Both the position numbers and the translations under genes were made by a program. Shown here in pieces: positions 12,698 through 24,773 of a stretch of 64,000 nt of DNA. The DNA lies in contig CM022673.1 of NCBI GenBank assembly GCA_012295275.1, positions 18,290,001 through 18,354,000 on the forward strand, in the 5' to 3' direction. The notes beneath the pieces were generated by a model. It did not search any database and was not told the origin of the DNA. It was given only the letters and a program-made list of their open reading frames with translations. Each line of letters starts with the position of its first letter. Position 1 is the stretch's first letter. This DNA comes from Chrysomallon squamiferum. Taxonomy: Eukaryota > Animalia > Mollusca.

Positions 12698-15120
12698 ATG
12701 ACACTGGTCACGGACGTCATGGCAGAAACTGAACAAACGACGACATCAACGTACAACGTCACACACGATGTCTTGTTGACGCAGAACGGCACAAACTCAC
12801 TACTGGACAGCGTGTCTGGACCCCACACCATCTATGTACCCGTTGTCTGGAGTCTCCTCGTAGCTGTTGGCTCCATTGGCAACATCATTGTTATCAAAAC
12901 TATGTGTTTCCATGGAGACAAATCTGCCACAAGTTATTACATCATCAATCTGGCTGTGGCGGACCTCGCTTTCATTTTGATTGTTGTACCATTCACAACT
13001 ACCATGTTTGTAATACCAAACTGGCTGTTTGGAAACGGAATGTGCAAGTTTATAGTTTATATGATATACGTAAGTATCTAGTTTTCTTCTCTTTTTCAGT
13101 CTAAATTGTCAGTTAAATGATCATATATTTTGTTTATCCATTTTAGACATCACACACAGACATTCACAAACACACGTATAGACACACAAATACCTTCAGA
13201 CACATACATACACAAACATTCATATACGCACACATGCATAATTGATATACACATACCTAAATACATACACACAGATATATATATACACATACACATATAA
13301 ACATACACACACGTAAACAGAGATTGAGAGAGAGAACAAAAATATCTGAAATATGAACTTCAGAAATTGATTTTTATAAAAAGGATGGGAGATTATTCGC
13401 AGGGAAAAAAAAGTTTTTGTTTAAAAAATGGGTTCTTTCCCTTGATTTTAGTGTACCGTTCATCTGAGATATTTTATTTTGCGTCGTAACCTTTTAGAGA
13501 GAGAGAGAGAGAGAAAAAGTATTATACTTCTCTATGTTAGTGACAAAATACATCTGCACTGAAAAAATTCTAATGTAAATATAGCTATAAAAAATTTCTA
13601 AATTTTTGAATGTTTTAAATGAAGTAGAATTGCAATATAATTATCCCACTTATAAAATTACTGAAAATACAAAGAACATGTAGCTGTGACATTTTACATT
13701 TTTCTCTCATAATGAAATTTATTTCAGTTTGAAAGTTATATTAATCGTTAACTGATCCGCCAAGGAAATAACGACATTCATTAAATATTTGTGGTTCTTG
13801 ATTGTTTCTTTCACTATTTTTATTCATGTTGACTCTGTTTTCTCTAGAATATAAACAATTACTTATCTACGCAATATTTCTCAATAGGTGACACTGCAGG
13901 CCACGTGCCTGACGCTGACCGCGATGACGATAGACCGGTACTTCGCCATCGTCCATCCAATCAAATCAATCAATTCACGAACTCCACAGATGTCGATCAT
14001 GATAAACCTGAGTATATGGCTTGGTACATGTTACAACCTTGAAAGAAACTTCTCTCGCCCCCTTCACTCTGTGCCTCTTGCTTTTTCATTTCTCTCTGTG
14101 TCTTGCTTTTTCATTTCTCTCTGTGTCTCTTTCTTTTTCATTTCTCTCTGTGTCTTTCTTTTTCATTTCTCTCTGGGTCTCTTGATTTCTCCCTCTGCTG
14201 ATTCTCTCTCTCTACTTACGTCTCTCTCGTTACCTGGTTTCTTGTATGTTTTTCTGTTTCTGTCGATTCGGATTTCTTTCTTTCTATTTTTCTCTATCTG
14301 TCAGTCCATCTCTCTCTCTTTCTCTCGTCCTCTCTGTCTGATTTTTTTTTATGTTTCCTTTTCTCTCTCTCACTCTTTTCACTCTTTCTCTGTATATCAT
14401 CATTATTCTCTCTATGTCTCTGATTCCTTGTTTTCCAAACCATTAAACGGCATAAAATTATATTAGAATAAAATTTGTTAGTTTTAAAAAGATGTACATA
14501 CTAATCTTTCACTTTTTAATATCTAAAGTACGCTAAGCCAAACTGTTTTTTTTTTTTTTTTTGTGATATTGATTGTCTTGGCATTTTCAAATTCTATCAT
14601 GAGAGATTTTAATAGATTTTTCTTTTGTTTCCTTTCTTGTCTTATTTTTTTTCTTCTACTTATTCTTCATCATCATTGTGACGACATCGCTTTTGGATTT
14701 TGAAAATAACTACTTGAACACAAATAAAAAGCAGTGGAGGAGTTTTTCCATTTTCACTTTCCGCCAGGCTTTGTTTGTTTTTATACATTTCCCGTTAGCT
14801 GTTTCTTCTTTTTACTTTCATATTCTCATTATATCCACCATCATCATTCTCATTATCATTATCATCATCATAATTATCATGGTCTTAAAAATTTTCATTC
14901 TTATTAGCATCATCATCAACAAAATCATCATAATTATAATCATAATTAAAATACGCACCGTAGTCTTCGTCGATATCATTGTTTTCATCGTCTTCATCAT
15001 TAACCTTTTTCTTGATTGTAACCATTAACATGTCTCATCATCAAATAGTTTATAATAAAACAAATTCAGATAACACAAAATTATTTTATTTATTTATTCA
15101 TCATTATTTTATTTGTTTGC

Positions 15121-15159
<39 letters not shown>

Positions 15160-16496
15160 TTCATTGGAAGTAACAGTAATTAGCAACAATCATAAATAAA
15201 TAAAAAACGTATTCACACGAAGATAATAAAAAGCATTAGACAATTATTATTAAAAGAATGATTTGTGGCATGAGTTAAATAAATTACTACATTTTTCAGC
15301 CTCGCTCTGTCTTAGCATACCGTTTCTTCTGTTCAACAAAGAAGTTCACACGAAGAATGATAAACATGTGTACTGTCGTCATGCCTGGCCAAGTCAAATG
15401 TGGCGTAAAGGGGCGACTGTGGCTGTTGCCATGACAACCTACGTGATTCCTCTGACCATCATTATTGTCTGCTACACGCAAATTCTAAAACACTTGTCAA
15501 AACGAAGAATACAGATACGAGAAGAAAACGTAATAATAATAAATATTTCTATTACTACTACTGCTACTACGACTACTTCTGAAACTAAGACTACTATTAC
15601 TATCATTACTACTACTATACTACTTAGAGAGAGAGATTAACATGAAGGTCAAATTTATAATGCTAACAAATCGACACAACCCACGTAAACACTAACCTAC
15701 TCTAAGTTCCTCCTCTGACCTAGTTTTCTAATGACATCATGGCGACTTTCTAAACCAGGACAATTCAGTGTTTTAGAAAACTGCTGACTAGACGGACACT
15801 GACGCTAGACGCAGGATGCACGCGCAGTGTGATATAGTTTAATGACTTTTCGGTTGTAGATTTATCGTAGATAGCTCACTTGACTTTGTTTTGTAGCTCT
15901 GGTGTCTTTGCCCCTTCCTTGTACGTAATTGGAAGATTGTAGTTTCTTATAAAACCTGTGTGATTATTGTGATGCCCACTCTTCTAGCTGCCAGCCAGTT
16001 TTCACATCACCTGGCGCAGTCCTTCTAATAATCCAATTTTTAAAATCTTTGCAGTCTGAAATGCTCGTAATAAACTTCAAATACTTTGAATGATATTTTA
16101 AATTATGTCGAGCGTGATTTTTATAGTACAGTAAAAGAAATAGTGAAAGTAGTCGTGGCTGCAGTAGCTGTGATGGTAGTAGTGACGTGGGTAGTAATAG
16201 TGGTGGTTGTAACAGTAGTAGTAGTAGTAGTTGAAGTAGTTGTAATAGTAGTAGATAAAGCAGTAGTAATAGTGGTAGTTTTTGTAATAGTAGAATTAAT
16301 TATCGTTGTTGGAGATCTATTAACATATAGGATTAACAGCAGAGCAGAAGAAGAAACAGTGGTAGCTGTTGTAGTAATCACAGCAGTAATAACAGTATTC
16401 ATAAATGTAGCAGCAGTGTTACTGGAGGAGAGAGTAGTTTTGTAATACAGTGACTAATTATAACGGCATAAGTATTTCAGTAGCAAAAATAGTATT

Positions 16497-16550
<54 letters not shown>

Positions 16551-17042
16551 CTAGTAGTAGTAGTAGTAGTATTTTAATTTTATTATTATTATTTATTTAT
16601 CTATCTATTTATTTGTCTATTTATTAATTTTATCTAGGAACAACATTCAACCAGCGGAATACAAAACTTCCAACGTGAAAGATACAGAAAGAAAGTCACA
16701 AAAATGGTCGCCATCGTTGTTCTTCTGTTCGCTTTTCTCTGGTTTCCTATCCACGTTTTTAATCTCTGGGTGACCTTTGACCCGGACTTCCCGCGAACCT
16801 GGCAAATGTACAACATCAAGATTGTAGCTCACACTCTGTCGTACTCGAATTCCTGCGTCAATCCTTTCGTGTACGCCTTCATTGGTGACGGTTTCAGAAG
16901 AGCTTTCCGGAAGTCGTTAGAGACATGCGCAAGACGAAACAGAGTGCGTCCGGTTCTCCAAAGTGAGACCTGGAACACAGCAGCCAATGAGAGTAGAGCT
17001 CGTGCACGCAGACAGGCATTCTCGAGTACATCAGGGGTGTAA
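12698..17042 (+). CDS. KISS1R: Kisspeptin receptor-like (GPR54/KISS1R-type) rhodopsin-family neuropeptide GPCR, 380 aa, 4 coding exons: 12698-13069, 13888-14023, 15300-15529, 16638-17042
   Basis: GT-AG introns with phases 0,1,0; spliced CDS 1143 nt. Seven TMs with class A motifs GN, NLAVAD, WLFG..MCK, DRY, WFP and NPFVY, an ECL2 Cys (VYCRH) and N-terminal N-glycosylation sequons NVT and NGT. KISS1R-type strings: VPFT, VTLQATCLTLTAMTIDRY, RTP, SIW, KIVAHTLSYSNSCVNPFVYAFIG..FRRAF. Assignment against the related galanin/allatostatin-A receptors is by motif recognition, not phylogeny. Confidence 0.85.
15640..15900. mobile_element. Possible decayed non-autonomous Helentron/DINE-like repeat in GPCR intron 3
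   Basis: GC-richer island with GACGGAC/GACGC-type core repeats followed by ATAGCTCACTTGAC, resembling the 3' part of HINE-type elements. Recognised by eye only. Confidence 0.25.
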
Positions 17043-17210
17043 TTAGCTGCAGTGTGCAGTGATTAATAACTGGCGATACTTTACGAATACACCGGAAAAA
17101 TACTTCTTCCTTTATTTTTCTTTCTTTGTTCCTTTTTTTTTTTTTTTGTGTGTGTGTTTTTGGTTCAATTATTGTTTGTTTTAATTTGCTTTTTTTTTTT
17201 AGATTGGTAA

Positions 17211-17935
17211 TAGGGTTTGCAAATTACCTATAATATCAATACCGGTAAATTACCGACAGATATTCTCAATACCGGTTTTGACCGGTTTTTGTTAGTTTGT
17301 GCATAGGAAAAGCTACTTACGGGGCTTTTGTGTGGACACTGTTTTCTGACAACATTATTTATTATCCTCCTTTTCCTACCTGTCTTCAGAAAACATCGTG
17401 AAATGAACCTTTATAGAACTTAAAATGGGTACAAAAGGTATATAAGAAATGTACTTGCAATAAAAAAAAAGAACCAAGAAGAATGTGGATGCGAATTTTA
17501 TAAAAAGAAAACAAGGAAATTCTAACACTTATGTTTATTATCCAAAATGTACATCACATGTTTTGCAACTTTTGAGAAGTTCTGATTCATTCCTCGATAC
17601 TCGAGAAGTATGACTTTAAAAAACACAAAACATCTAGTGTCTTGGGCGACAACCGAGAAGCAGGAGCCAATCCCTTATCATTAGTCTCCAAAATGATTTA
17701 GGATGGCACACATGTCAGCAATCAAACAGGTAAATGTGGAACATTAAATATACGAGCATCGAACTCGCATACGAAGGCACGCTAGCAACATCCGAGTAAC
17801 TAACATAATCTTATGTTAACAACTAACATATCTCTCAACAAAACTCGTTAAATTTAGAAAACCGGTATTGGTGCTTCGGTAACGGGTAATACGCATCATT
17901 TACTAAAACCGGTATTTACCGGTATTCGAACCCTT
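17211..17935. mobile_element. hAT-like non-autonomous element (MITE) just downstream of the GPCR stop
   Basis: Termini TAGGGTTTGCAAATTACC ... GGTATTCGAACCCT. Subterminal AATACCGGT / ACCGGTATT motifs are clustered and inverted at both ends. Flanking 8-mers ATTGGTAA / TTTGGTTA match 6/8, a degenerate TSD. Confidence 0.65.
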
Positions 17936-17949
17936 TTTGGTTAGTAATT

Positions 17950-18046
<97 letters not shown>

Positions 18047-18401
18047 TAATTTTCACATTCTATTTATCTGTAACTCGCTCAAACAAAAAAACAAGGACAT
18101 AAATTTTAAAAGATTTATTAAATAACGCCTTGGCGCTGAGTGTTTGATAATTAAACACCTAAAAAGAGAAACAGCGGTTTAAAAATAGTTCGTTTTTCAG
18201 TTGCTTATAATTAATCACATTCTACATTATTTTTCTCGAATCTTGAATAGATCAGAGAACGTGGATTCTTACGGTGTGTTACCGGTTATTTTCTGCAAGG
18301 CATATTTAACGAGACATATTTTTTCTTTTCTTTTTATTTATGTATGTATGTATGAATATATGTATGCATGTATGCATGTATGTATGTATGTATGTATGTA
18401 C

Positions 18402-18432
<31 letters not shown>

Positions 18433-19071
18433 TTTGTTTGTTTTTTGTTTGTTTGTTTGTTTATTTATTTATTTGATTACTAATTTATTTATTACGGAAA
18501 CCACTAAAATAACCTCATTTAGAATTATTAATTTAGTTTTCAGTTTATTTTTAAATAATCTCTGCTTCTCTGTCTATCAATTTATCTGTCATTCTGTCTA
18601 TCTATCTCTATCTCTCTATCTATCTCTCTATCAATCTATCTATCTATCTATCCATCTATCTACTTACCTATCTACCTTAATTTTTCTCTCTGACAGTATA
18701 TTTTTCTCGGTACCTGTTTATCTTTCTGCCTATCCATTGATTAATTATTTATGTCAATTAACTATTTTATTATTTATAATACACACGTATATTTCTACGT
18801 GTGTATTTTAAATCGTAACTTCTGAAAATATACACAGGATGAATTCAGAGTTTCACTACAGTGAACTTAGATCTAAACTATGATGTTATTTATGTCACAA
18901 CTTTACGCATGATTACATTTCTTGCACTCTTGATTAACCAGCTTTATTAAATTACTATCATCTCTTCTATCTCCTCTTTGTTTTCTTCACTTTTTTGTTA
19001 TGTTAAAGTTTTATTTTTATTTTCATTTGTTTCGGTTTGTTACTGATATTTACATGTACACGGTATTCTCT

Positions 19072-19171
<100 letters not shown>

Positions 19172-19319
19172 CTCTTTATCTATCTATCTCTCAATCACAC
19201 ACACATATAGACACTCACTCTGTATCTATCTATTTTCGTGCGTCTTGCCTACACTTTTGAAACTTTTTAGTGCTATTTTTTTCTTAATTTTCTGACTCAC
19301 CTGCACCACATTCAGAGCT

Positions 19320-19890
19320 TAGTTTCACAAACTTTATTAAATTTTATTTTGTATAAAAATTGTGCACATAGCAAATAAAACTTCACCAGCTTGATTATTT
19401 AGAAATTCCTCTTGACAAATATGTTTTAACCCAGGATACTACCAAAATGTCACAGATATTTATCAACACTTTTCAATCTCTGTCAAAAACTTCCTAAATC
19501 GGTATTTACACTTTACATTCTAAATCAACACTTCAGCATGGACTCTTTTCTCAGAAATCTGTTTCAGCGTTATTCATAAATCTGCATCAGTATTTTCGTG
19601 TTTTTTTTTTAAAGTTTTATTACTGCCTTTTCACCAAAGTGTATTAACATTTTACAGATCTGATTAAAAGCAGTCACGTATTTGTATCAGACATCTTCAC
19701 AAATCTACGTCAATAGTGTCAAATTTGCACCAACATTATGTACAAATATGTACCAGTATAAAGTACAAATATAGGTATGTATTAGTATGAATACATTGTA
19801 CACATCTGCATTACCAGTGTACAAATATGTATCAACACAGTGTACACGTCTGTATCAATACAAAACAAATTTATATCAACACCTCACAAC
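19320..19890. repeat. Highly degenerate ~22-24 bp minisatellite (consensus near TTCACAAATCTGTATCAACAC)
   Basis: Recurrent variants: cacagatatttatcaacac, cataaatctgcatcagta, cacaaatctacgtcaata, tacaaatatgtatcaacac, tacacgtctgtatcaatac, acaaatttatatcaacac. Confidence 0.5.
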
Positions 19891-22800
19891 TGAATCAGTC
19901 GTATTTCTAACATGAGTTAAACATTACTTTTAAAAGTTGTTGATACTGAAGTTGTACAGAGACAATTACTGTACAACATAAATAACCATTTGTTTTGATT
20001 ACAATGTAAAAGATTCACAAAGTAATTAATGTATTTCCTGCTTTATATAATGTATTAAAATATACTGAAAAATATCGTGGTGACGATTTATTTTTATTAG
20101 ATTTACGAAAGTAAAAAACAATTTCTGCCTTTTAGTGATAGCCATAAATACTTGTCTGGTTATAGGAACGAATCAGACCAGTTAGATGAAACATCTACAG
20201 TTCAGTCAAAACATCATAAAAGATCCGTTAATAATGGTACTTCCAGTAATCCTTAAATATAACATTTCTTTTATTTCTTAAAACACGAAAATTATTTTTA
20301 AAATCTCTCAGACGTTCTAAATTATCTCCTAATTGCCGAGCAGAGATTTAGGGAGAAAAAAAACCCCAACAGATTGTAAGTTTCACGAAAAGGAGATATT
20401 AACGAGAAAAAAGAAATTTACATCTAAGTTATGCTAAATCTTCGGCTTTTAAAATGTCTACTTATCAACACGGACAGGATGTCGTCTGCTTATTGATGTG
20501 TTCGTCCACGCAATCGCAGTGAATTCATCCGCAGATGTCTGTCTGTGAGACACGAGTTGAAGAAACTAGATCTCATGTTGCATGATCACATCGCATTAAT
20601 GGGCAACTCCGCCTGAAACAAAACCAATCTCACTCACATTTCTTTATAACACATCTCCAACTAAAACGTGTACAGGATGTTCTCGTTGACAAATCACGTG
20701 ACAGACTGTACCGATATTTAGCCAAACCTCACTGTAAATAAAAAAATAAAATGTCCACTGTTAAGTCTCGAGTGTTAAACTTTTTAAATTACATCCAAAC
20801 TTCTAGTTTTTTAGTATATATATATATATTGATTTTCAGTGAAATTTGGCCAAATACCAAAACAGTCTGAACAATACACACACACACTCACACACACATA
20901 CATACACCGATGAAATCGACAAAATTAATTATCAGTAAGAATGACTTTTACGTTAAGATGTTTACATCTAATAATAGTAAATTTATTTTAAGTAATTCTT
21001 ATGTCCGTAACAGCTTTATAATTAGTTAATTATTTATTTACCTATTTACTTATTTGTTTAATTAATTTATTTATTATAATTTAATTTATATATTTTTCTT
21101 TCCTCCTTATAAAACTACATGCCTCATTAGTTATTGAAGTATTTATAATCGAAATATCTACTCTAAATATAGCTCATTTCATTTACGAGAATTACTGTGG
21201 AATTAATAATTATGATTAACTTTAGTCGGCTCTGTGTTAATGTTTCTTTATCCGAATAAATTCTGTGTTTTTGTATTTATGTTGCCTTTCCTTTAACGCA
21301 GACTTTTAATTTTTTTCCTGTGTTGCATATTTTTTCTGTCATTCCGTCGCTGTCAATTTCTGTATGTGCAAATGCCCATGCACGCACACACACACACAGA
21401 CACACACACACACAGAAAACACATACATACATATATATACGCACAAACTACAGATATATATACACACATTCGTCCAGATACATATACACATGAAACACAC
21501 ATGTATATACAAGACGTACACACACAATCACATCTTTCTGTATATCCTGTTCTCTCCGTCTCTCCTTTTAGAATCGAATGGGTTATACGTTATCTGTTTG
21601 AGTTATTATTTATACAGAAACTTGTGGAATTGCTTAGCTATTTATTTATCGTTGATTGATGAAGATTCGTGTTCCACACTACAACACACTCACAAATCAA
21701 TGTAATACAATGGTCAAAGGTTCATCTGAAATTCTCAAATCAGTCACAATGGTGAATAAATACAACGTTACAAGAACATAGAGGTGAATATGAATCGATA
21801 AAAATTCTGACAGATTTCCAATTTAAAATACAGCATTGCTATCTTTATCATGTCTTTATTTTCAGTTTTCTGTATTTATCATCTATTATATTTATTGTAG
21901 CTAGTATTGTGTGGTTCCATCACTTTCTATCCGTTCTTCGATTTATTTATCCATGTGTCTAACTCTGTCCTCTTTCACATGAAGCTCTAGTGTTCACTCA
22001 TTCTTAATCTTACTTTTTCTCTCTTTGTATCCTTCTCTCACTTAATCCTCTAGTATCTTTCTCTCTCTTTCTCTTCTTGTATCATTCTCTCAGTTACTCT
22101 CCAATCACTTTTTTTTACTCTATTTCTTTCACGTGCTCTTTCTTTTCATAGAGCACCAAACATTTAAAAGAGGTAATGACCATCAATCAATTTTACAAAT
22201 TATCTGAAAATTCTAACTGCTTTAACGTTTGAATCATCATTTATTTTCTTACTTTATCCGTACACAACTATAGTAAGAGATTACACTTTTTCCATTGCAC
22301 GATGGAGGAAAGTAATGTCAAAGATTTTTCTTTAGTCAGTATTTTTCCGATGTTACGACACTAAACTGCAGAGCACAATTCACACACAGATTTGTGTAAA
22401 TCTGTATAATTTGATCGATGAGTAATAAATCTATATATCTGTCTATCTGTCTGTCTGTCTGTCTATCTATCAGTCAATCTATAAACCTGCTACAGCCACT
22501 GTGGACGATTTGAATGACGGTGATAGTTCAAACAAAACAGTCAACAAATGATAATTTAGCAGCGGTTCAGCAAGCTTTATTAATAAAATATAGTAAGTGA
22601 GATAGAACTAAAAACAATGATACTGGTGATGATAATGATGATGATAACTGAAATAAACTACTCAGATATCACAAACGAGATGGTTAAAAACAAAATAACA
22701 GTTACTGTTTTCTGTAAATATTTGTTTCTAAATCGGTTTTTCCTGTTATTTTTGTTTATTTATCTTCTTACGTGCAATAAATGTGATTTTACAAATCACA

Positions 22801-24110
22801 GCTAAAAGAATGATCATGATAATCACGACGACGATGATGATAAAGATGACGATGAAGGTGATATCAGTGTCTATGGTAATGATTAATAATTCTGTATGTT
22901 GATGCCAAAGTAATATCTCCAGTCTTCAAAGATATATCATTAAGAAATTACAGTAACGTGGAAGGAGACATCATGGTGATGTGAATGTGATTTCACAGCT
23001 TGCAATGGTTTCAGTTTCACTCCTGTTTTCAGTTTATTTATGTCCGTCCTCTGTATGACTTACGTTATCTCAATCAATACTGCTAATTTGTGACACTTTG
23101 TTCTTCTGACTAATGGAGAAAACTTTCTTTATTCAGTTAGTGAGGTGATTTATCGACAGCAAACTACGCAACCTGCTCACTGGTCGTGCTGGTACGACAA
23201 ATACAATAAAATATGATTACAGCGATATTTTCAACAACACAAACAGTTATAATGTGTTCTGGTGATGACGGCGTTTTTTATAGGTGATAAGAGGGATATT
23301 CTACTTCGTTTTATTCTGTTAGTTTGATTTGTTTGAAATTTAGTGAGAACGAGACGAAGAAGAAGAGTAAAGGAATGTGGGAATGAAGAAAAGACAGAAT
23401 GAAAGTACACATTGATGAGAAATAGAAGAAACAGAAGTAAAGTTTGAATATGTTGAAATCCCACGCGTCCATTATTTGCATTATATCGCGTCTGAAAACT
23501 CGAAAATCTCCTTAGGCGTCTAGGATGAAATTTAAAATAAAGTTGTAATTCTCAAGACAACATGAAAACATCCAGTGATGACAGTCGTGCGAAAAAGAAG
23601 ATTTTGTTATCAAATTCTATAGTTGTTTTAAAATGTCGCCGCCATCTTGAAGATAGACGTGTTCCAGAATAAACATTACGCCTGGGAACTCGACAGCTGA
23701 ACGTAACAAACAAGCTGTCAGTACCAGTCTGTTTCAGCTGTCTTTGTACGCTAAATGTGGCACTGTGAAATCTAATGAAATCTGAGATAACTAATTGAAT
23801 GTATTGTTTTCTGCATTCTAAGTAACGTACTCAAAATTTAATTTATTTTTAAAAATACAGATGTTCTACCTTATTTAAGAAAAAAGACTTACAATATCAA
23901 TATTTGTTATTTTGTGGCACTGCTGTTTGTCTATATTCAGATCTATATATTTTAAACCATATTAAATTGAGTTCAGTGATAGTAGTGTAGTAATAAAAAC
24001 ATTTTCAAGCACTAAATACATTGTGGTTATAATTATGAATTAAATTAAAAGTAAACAGATGAAATATTCAAACTATCTGAACACAGTACATGTTAACACA
24101 TGGTTTAAAA

Positions 24111-24773
24111 CAGTGATGGGCAAACTGCGGCCCGCGCGGCTTTCTGAGTGGCCCGCCCAATTTCATCTTCATTCATTCATTCATTCATTCTATTTATTAA
24201 AAAAAAATCATATTTATAATTAATTTATTTGTGTTTTTTTTCATAAAATGAGTCTATTTTGTATCTACTAATATACTAAAACACACGTACATTTTTTATT
24301 ATAACAGTTCCTGAAGTAAATGAAAATGAAATTAAAAAAAATAAGCTCTGTGTAAAAACACATGTTTGTTTTGACGCGTTTGGGCCTCGCAGTCGGAACG
24401 TTGATACAGAATTACCTCCTTCGCCTGGATCAGTAGCTGCAGCCCGCCTGAGGAGGAGCCGTGTCTCATGTGACAGAATTACCTCCTTCGCCTGGATCAG
24501 TAGCTGCAGCCCGCCTGAGGAGGAGCCGTGTCTCATGTGACAGAATTACCTCCTTCGCCTGGATCAGTAGCTGCAGCCCGCCTGAGGAGGAGCCGTGTCT
24601 CATGTGACAGAATTACCTCCTTCGCCTGGATCAGTAGCTGCAGCCCGCCTGAGGAGGAGCCGTGTCTCATGTGACAGAATTACCTCCTTCGCCTGGATCA
24701 GTAGCTGCAGCCCGCCTGAGGAGGAGCCGTGTCTCATGTGGCCCGCTTCTTGAAAAAAGGTTGCCTATGTCTG
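24111..24773. mobile_element. hAT (Charlie-like) MITE, 663 bp, with perfect 8-bp TSD
   Basis: TIRs CAGTGATGGGCAAAC / GGTTGCCTATGTCTG match 11/15, with subterminal GGCCCGC motifs. Identical flanks GTTTAAAA at 24103-24110 and 24774-24781. Confidence 0.85.
24406..24740. repeat. Five identical tandem copies of a GC-rich 67-bp unit inside the MITE
   Basis: Unit ACAGAATTACCTCCTTCGCCTGGATCAGTAGCTGCAGCCCGCCTGAGGAGGAGCCGTGTCTCATGTG starts at 24406, 24473, 24540, 24607 and 24674. Confidence 0.95.

Noticed and set aside
14024-14466. Continuation of the 13888 ORF
   Set aside because: CT-rich intron read-through past the phase-1 donor at 14023.
16086-16445. Val-rich / Thr-rich ORFs (also 30983-31468, 33841-34155, 41678-42200, 42564-42970)
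   Set aside because: Translations of degenerate (GTA/TAC/AAT)n trinucleotide tracts with no splice-consistent context.
24406-24740. CRISPR-like array, or hammerhead ribozyme repeat (CTGAGGA in each unit)
   Set aside because: Units are contiguous and identical with no spacers and no cas genes. The hammerhead GAAA box and stem II are absent.
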